From assembly GCA_033763315.1 (NCBI GenBank), contig JANRKS010000035.1, positions 128,001 to 192,000 of the forward strand: 64,000 nucleotides of DNA, in the 5' to 3' direction. Source of the stretch: Deltaproteobacteria bacterium. Lineage in GTDB: Bacteria; Myxococcota_A; Polyangia; Fen-1088. The notes below the pieces were generated by a model. It saw nothing but the letters and a program-made list of their open reading frames with translations, was not told the DNA's origin and did not search any database. Shown here piece after piece: positions 61,525 through 64,000 of the stretch. Both the position numbers and the translations under genes were made by a program. The number at the start of each line of letters is the position of its first letter. The first letter of the stretch is position 1.

Positions 61525-61812
61525 TGAGCAAAGTCTGCGCGCCTCACTACGACGCTGCAAGGGGGCGAGCCGCGCGACCTTGATCTTTCTCTGTCCACAG
61601 AAGTTGCGGTTCTGATTGATCTGGGGCACGCCCGGGGAGTAACCTGACGCGCCGTTTTGTCTCGGAATGTCGGCTACTTCCGGGACTGAGGCTTCGACGA
61701 GAGGAACCGAAGTGGAAGCCGCACCGCATCCAAGATCCAAGCTCCGTCCACCACCGGCCTGGCCGGGCGGCCTTTCTTGCCCTCGCTGGACTACGCCGAG
61801 GGGTCCGCATTC

Positions 61813-64000
61813 ATGAGCCCAGCGGATCTGAAGCCAGGGGTCGTGGTGCGTGGCCCGATGCTGCCGGAGCCCATTGAGGTTCTCGTTGTGTCCGTCCTCG
61901 CCGACATGGTCAAGGTGACCGGCGCTGGGCAGAAGACAGGCCAAGTCCATCAGCGCGTACTTCATCCAGACCAGCTCCGCCTCCTTCAAGCGACGCCCGA
62001 GAAGGAGCCCTTCGACGGCGATCCGTTGCACTTCAAGCTCGGCGTCGAGGCGGCGCGCCTCGGGCTGGCGTACGAATACGACCCGTACTTCTCGCTGTCG
62101 ATCGCGCGCGTCGATCCGCTGCCTCACCAGCTGGAGGCCGTTTACGACTACTTCTTGAAGCTACCCCGCATCCGATTCCTGCTCGCGGATGATCCTGGCG
62201 CGGGCAAGACGATCATGGCGGGCCTGCTTCTCAAGGAGCTGAAGGTCCGGGGGCTCGTGAAGCGGACGCTCATCGTTGCGCCCGCAAACCTCACGTTTCA
62301 GTGGCAACGCGAGCTGAAGGACAAGTTCCGCGAACAGTTCGATGTCATGCGCGGCGAGGTGCTGCGCACGCAGTACGGGCAGAATCCCTGGCAGGAAAGC
62401 AACCAGGTCGTCACCTCGGTTTCGTGGATCTCGCGCGTCGAAGACGCAAAGGAGAGCCTGCTGCGCTCGCAATGGGACCTCGTCATCGTCGACGAGGCTC
62501 ACAAGATGAGCGCGTACAGTGCCGACAAGAAGACGCTTGCCTTCCAAATCGGCGAGGCTCTGTCTCAGCGCACCGACCACTTCCTGCTGATGACGGCGAC
62601 ACCACACAAGGGTGATCCCGAGAACTTCCGTCTGTTCCTCAGCCTTCTCGACCGCGACGTTTACGGAGATGTGAAGAGCCTTGAGGAGGCTATGCGCCGC
62701 CACGAGGCGCCGTTCTATCTCCGCCGCTTGAAGGAAGCGCTCGTTGCATTTCCCGATCCGGAAACCGGCGAGGTCAAGAAGCTCTTCACGAACCGCGACG
62801 TGCGGACGACCAAGTTTGAACTCGACGGCGAAGAGTTCGACTTCTACGACGCTCTCACCCGGTACGTCGAGGACCAGTCAATCAAGGCCGCCGCCGCCGA
62901 GAACGTTCAGGCCAACATCCTGGGCTTCCAAATGGCGATGTTGCAGCGTCGCTTCGCCTCAAGCGTGTACGCCGTGCGCCGCAGCCTTGAGCGCATGCGG
63001 GACAAGCGAAGAAAGATCCTCGACGACCCAGAGGGTCATCGGCAGCACCTGATCGAGCGCAAGCTCCCCGATGACTTCGACGACCTGCCCGAGGACGAGC
63101 AGTCGAAGATCATGCAGAGCGCGGAGGAGGCGGTTCTCATCGTCGACCCAATCGCACTGCGCGAGGAAATCCAGCGCCTCGATAAGCTCGTCGACCTGGC
63201 GCGCGCTCTGGAGAAGCGCGAGGTCGAGTCCAAGCTCAACAAGCTGAAGCAGGTTCTTAACGAGCAGCAGGTCTTCAGTGACCCTCGAATGAAGCTGCTG
63301 GTGTTCACCGAACACAAGGACACGCTCGACTACCTCGCGGGCGACGGAAAGGACGGGCGCCCGCTGGGCAAGCTTCGTGAGTGGGGCCTCTCCTGCACGC
63401 AGATCCACGGCGGCATGCCCATTGGCGACCGCGACACACCCAATACCCGCATCTATGCCGAGCGCGAGTTCCGCGAGGACGCGCAGATACTCGTGGCCAC
63501 CGAGGCGGCGGGGGAAGGCATCAACCTCCAGTTCTGCTGGTTGATGATCAACTATGACATCCCGTGGAACCCGGTGCGGCTCGAACAGCGCATGGGCCGC
63601 ATCCACCGCTACGGCCAGCAGAAGGACTGCCTCATCTTCAATTTCGCTGCCATCAACACGCGTGAGGGCCGCGTACTTGAGAAGCTCCTGATGCGCCTTG
63701 CGGAGATTAAGGAGGAACTCGGCACCGACAAGGTCTTCGATGTTGTCGGTGAAATGCTTCCGTCGAATGCGCTGGAAAAGATGTTTCGCGAGATGTACGC
63801 GAAACGGCTCGATGTCACGGACATCTCCGACCGCATCGTGAAGGACATCGATCCCGAACGCTTCAAGCGCATTACGGGCTCGACGCTCGAAGGCCTTGCC
63901 AAGAAGGAACTGAATCTTTCAGCACTCGTAGGGAAATCGGTGGAAGCGAAGGAGCGGCGGTTGGTCCCCGAGGTAGTCGAGGACTTCTTCATCCACGCTG
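61813..64000 (+). CDS. SNF2-family helicase, 3'-truncated by the window edge (absent from the ORF track)
   Basis: Read manually from ATG 61813 after GAGGGG: DPLPHQLEAV, FLLADDPGAGKT, VIVDEAHK, LMTATPHKG, ATEAAGEGINLQF, NYDIPWNPVRLEQRMGRIHRYGQ. Confidence 0.9.
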   Translation, partial: MSPADLKPGVVVRGPMLPEPIEVLVVSVLADMVKVTGAGQKTGQVHQRVLHPDQLRLLQATPEKEPFDGDPLHFKLGVEAARLGLAYEYDPYFSLSIARVDPLPHQLEAVYDYFLKLPRIRFLLADDPGAGKTIMAGLLLKELKVRGLVKRTLIVAPANLTFQWQRELKDKFREQFDVMRGEVLRTQYGQNPWQESNQVVTSVSWISRVEDAKESLLRSQWDLVIVDEAHKMSAYSADKKTLAFQIGEALSQRTDHFLLMTATPHKGDPENFRLFLSLLDRDVYGDVKSLEEAMRRHEAPFYLRRLKEALVAFPDPETGEVKKLFTNRDVRTTKFELDGEEFDFYDALTRYVEDQSIKAAAAENVQANILGFQMAMLQRRFASSVYAVRRSLERMRDKRRKILDDPEGHRQHLIERKLPDDFDDLPEDEQSKIMQSAEEAVLIVDPIALREEIQRLDKLVDLARALEKREVESKLNKLKQVLNEQQVFSDPRMKLLVFTEHKDTLDYLAGDGKDGRPLGKLREWGLSCTQIHGGMPIGDRDTPNTRIYAEREFREDAQILVATEAAGEGINLQFCWLMINYDIPWNPVRLEQRMGRIHRYGQQKDCLIFNFAAINTREGRVLEKLLMRLAEIKEELGTDKVFDVVGEMLPSNALEKMFREMYAKRLDVTDISDRIVKDIDPERFKRITGSTLEGLAKKELNLSALVGKSVEAKERRLVPEVVEDFFIHA

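Noticed and set aside
61590-61600. DnaA-box-like CTGTCCACA as element origin
   Set aside because: Single imperfect 9-mer, expected by chance
61435-63992. Minus-strand ORFs (230, 180, 215, 127 aa)
   Set aside because: Mostly antisense shadows of the plus-strand SNF2 helicase

Overview
GC-rich bacterial chromosomal window, most likely from Myxococcota. This is inferred from the many lipoproteins with acidic DAG/DGG linkers, a MYXO-CTERM-like tail, a Hanks-type kinase and an Mx8-like integrase layout. Positions 1-51700 are host backbone: an HlyD/TolC export pair, MFS transporters, slyD, two VapBC-type toxin-antitoxin pairs with visible operators, fur, a sensor kinase, carB-greA, a rhomboid protease, cobU-cobT-cobS, an Lnb/DUF4105 protein beside a glutaminyl cyclase, carbonic anhydrase, GH130, a PlsC-like acyltransferase, an L,D-transpeptidase, yajQ and many uncharacterised lipoproteins. 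A tRNA-Asp(GTC) at 51711-51784 is the entry point of an integrated element that runs off the right edge. The element has a tyrosine integrase whose 3' end reads antisense into the tRNA, and one translationally coupled operon: HTH, Toprim/DUF927-like primase-helicase, family A DNA polymerase with 3'-5' exonuclease, unknown protein, HTH, integrase. It also has a frameshifted HTH regulator, a long hairpin in the operon leader and a divergent SNF2 helicase that probably starts a defence cassette. This PolA-carrying, apparently self-replicating integrative element is the best candidate for an undescribed system. All family calls come from motif recognition by eye; no searches were run.
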